A stretch of 64,000 nucleotides of DNA from Carcharhinus longimanus. Lineage: Eukaryota. Of the stretch, positions 63,045 to 64,000 are shown in pieces (within the stretch, counting starts at the first letter, position 1; every line of letters begins with the position of its first letter). Location: positions 12,309,246 to 12,373,245 of the forward strand of contig JASCQW010000168.1 of assembly GCA_030264375.1 (NCBI GenBank), written 5' to 3'. The position numbers and the translations under genes are program-made. The notes beneath the pieces are model-generated. The model was not told where the DNA came from. It was given only the letters and a program-made list of their open reading frames with translations, and did not search any database.

Positions 63045-63217
63045 ATATTGGCAAATTCAAACATGGCTTATAAAAGGGAATTGGATAGGTAATTGAAGAG
63101 AAAAAGTCAGCAGGGCTGAGGGGAAAAGGGTGGGGTGGTGGAATTAGGTAAGTTAATGTCAAAGCAAAGTATAGACACTACAGGCCTCCTTCTGTGCTGT
63201 AACCATTCTATGATTCC
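63045..63217 (+). mobile_element. CR1 3' tail, decayed
   Basis: 'taaaagggaattggataggtaattgaag...ggcctccttctgtgctgtaaccattctatgattc'. Confidence 0.65.
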
Positions 63218-63587
63218 AAAATGTACCTGAATTTTGTGGAATTGGTAAAGCAAGCATGAATATAGAATGGAGTTTCAGCAAGTTTTAAAAATGACATGGG
63301 ACCATTTTATAGTAACTGTATGCTGTAACCGGTTAACTAAGCAAAGCTGAAATACTTTACAATTATATTAATTCAAGGAGGTACCCAGACAGTTAAATTT
63401 TGAATTCTAATTATTTGATTGTATTTATCAATTTAAATTAGGCTAGGATGTCTAAACCAGAAGTTTGAACATGTTTAAGTAACAATTTTCTAATTATTTT
63501 AGCACAGATTCTTCATCACGGGATATCCAAGTCTACCATTTAGATATTCCTTCCATAATTTTTCCCCTGTTGATCAATAACTCTGAA

Positions 63588-63836
63588 GTGGAGATGCTGG
63601 TGTTGGACTGGGGTAAACACAGTAAAAAGTCTCACAACACCAGGTTAACGTCCAACAGATTTATTTGGTAGCAAAAGCCACTAGCTTTTGGAGCGCTTGC
63701 TGCCCCTTCGTCAGGTGAGTGCTATTTGGTAGCAAAAGCCACTAGCTTTCAGAACACTTGCTTGCCCCTTCGTCAGGTGACTCACCTGCTAACAAATAAA
63801 CCTGTTGGACTTTAACCTGGTGTTGAGACTTCTTAC
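63588..63836 (-). mobile_element. Penelope terminal repeats: two tandem hammerhead-bearing units plus an inverted copy
   Basis: Units at 63662-63718 and 63723-63780, palindrome CAGGTGA-C-TCACCTG at 63774-63788, plus-strand copy at 63792-63836. Confidence 0.85.
63739..63781 (-). ncRNA. Minimal type I hammerhead ribozyme motif (Penelope-associated)
   Basis: Minus strand gUCAC-CUGACGA-A-GGGGCA-agcaag-UGUUCU-GAA-AGCU-A|GUGG: core boxes intact, wobble-rich stem II, palindromic AGCU in place of stem III, stem I UCAC/GUGG. Confidence 0.6.
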
Positions 63837-64000
63837 AATCTATAACTCTTACAGCAGATTATTAGACCACACTGTTTGGGTCTACCTCCATACAGTGTTT
63901 CTTGTATCATTCCTTTAGTTAAGAATATGGTAATCTCAAGACATGTCCAAACAATTGCATTTTGTCTCAGCTTGTCACACACTAACATCTTGTAGTTCAA

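Noticed and set aside
63662-63780. CRISPR-like repeat-spacer array
   Set aside because: There are only two near-adjacent units with no unique spacers, in a vertebrate context; Penelope termini explain them.

Overview
This is eukaryotic, AT-rich, repeat-dense non-coding DNA, almost certainly from an elasmobranch (shark or ray), judging by many HE1-type tRNA-SINEs, HER1/CR1 LINE tails and Deu-domain SINEs. I found no intact host gene or convincing host exon, so the window looks intergenic or intronic, with several N gaps. It is a pile-up of decayed elements: CR1, RTE, L2, L1/Tx1, Rex1/Babar, Penelope, Gypsy, pogo, Harbinger, solo LTRs and MITEs. Highlights: (1) three copies of a ~200 bp U2-snRNA-derived, A-tailed repeat sharing non-U2 diagnostic segments, a candidate SINEU-like family, two of them in tandem behind a putative Tx1-like tail; (2) Penelope 3' ends carrying minimal hammerhead ribozyme motifs, including a tandem pair at a fold-back junction; (3) a stop-containing ARMC6 C-terminal pseudogene fragment; (4) one SINE head with two alternative tails, one copy flanked by a 38 bp direct repeat. 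Family calls come from motif recognition by eye, not database searches, and boundaries are approximate.
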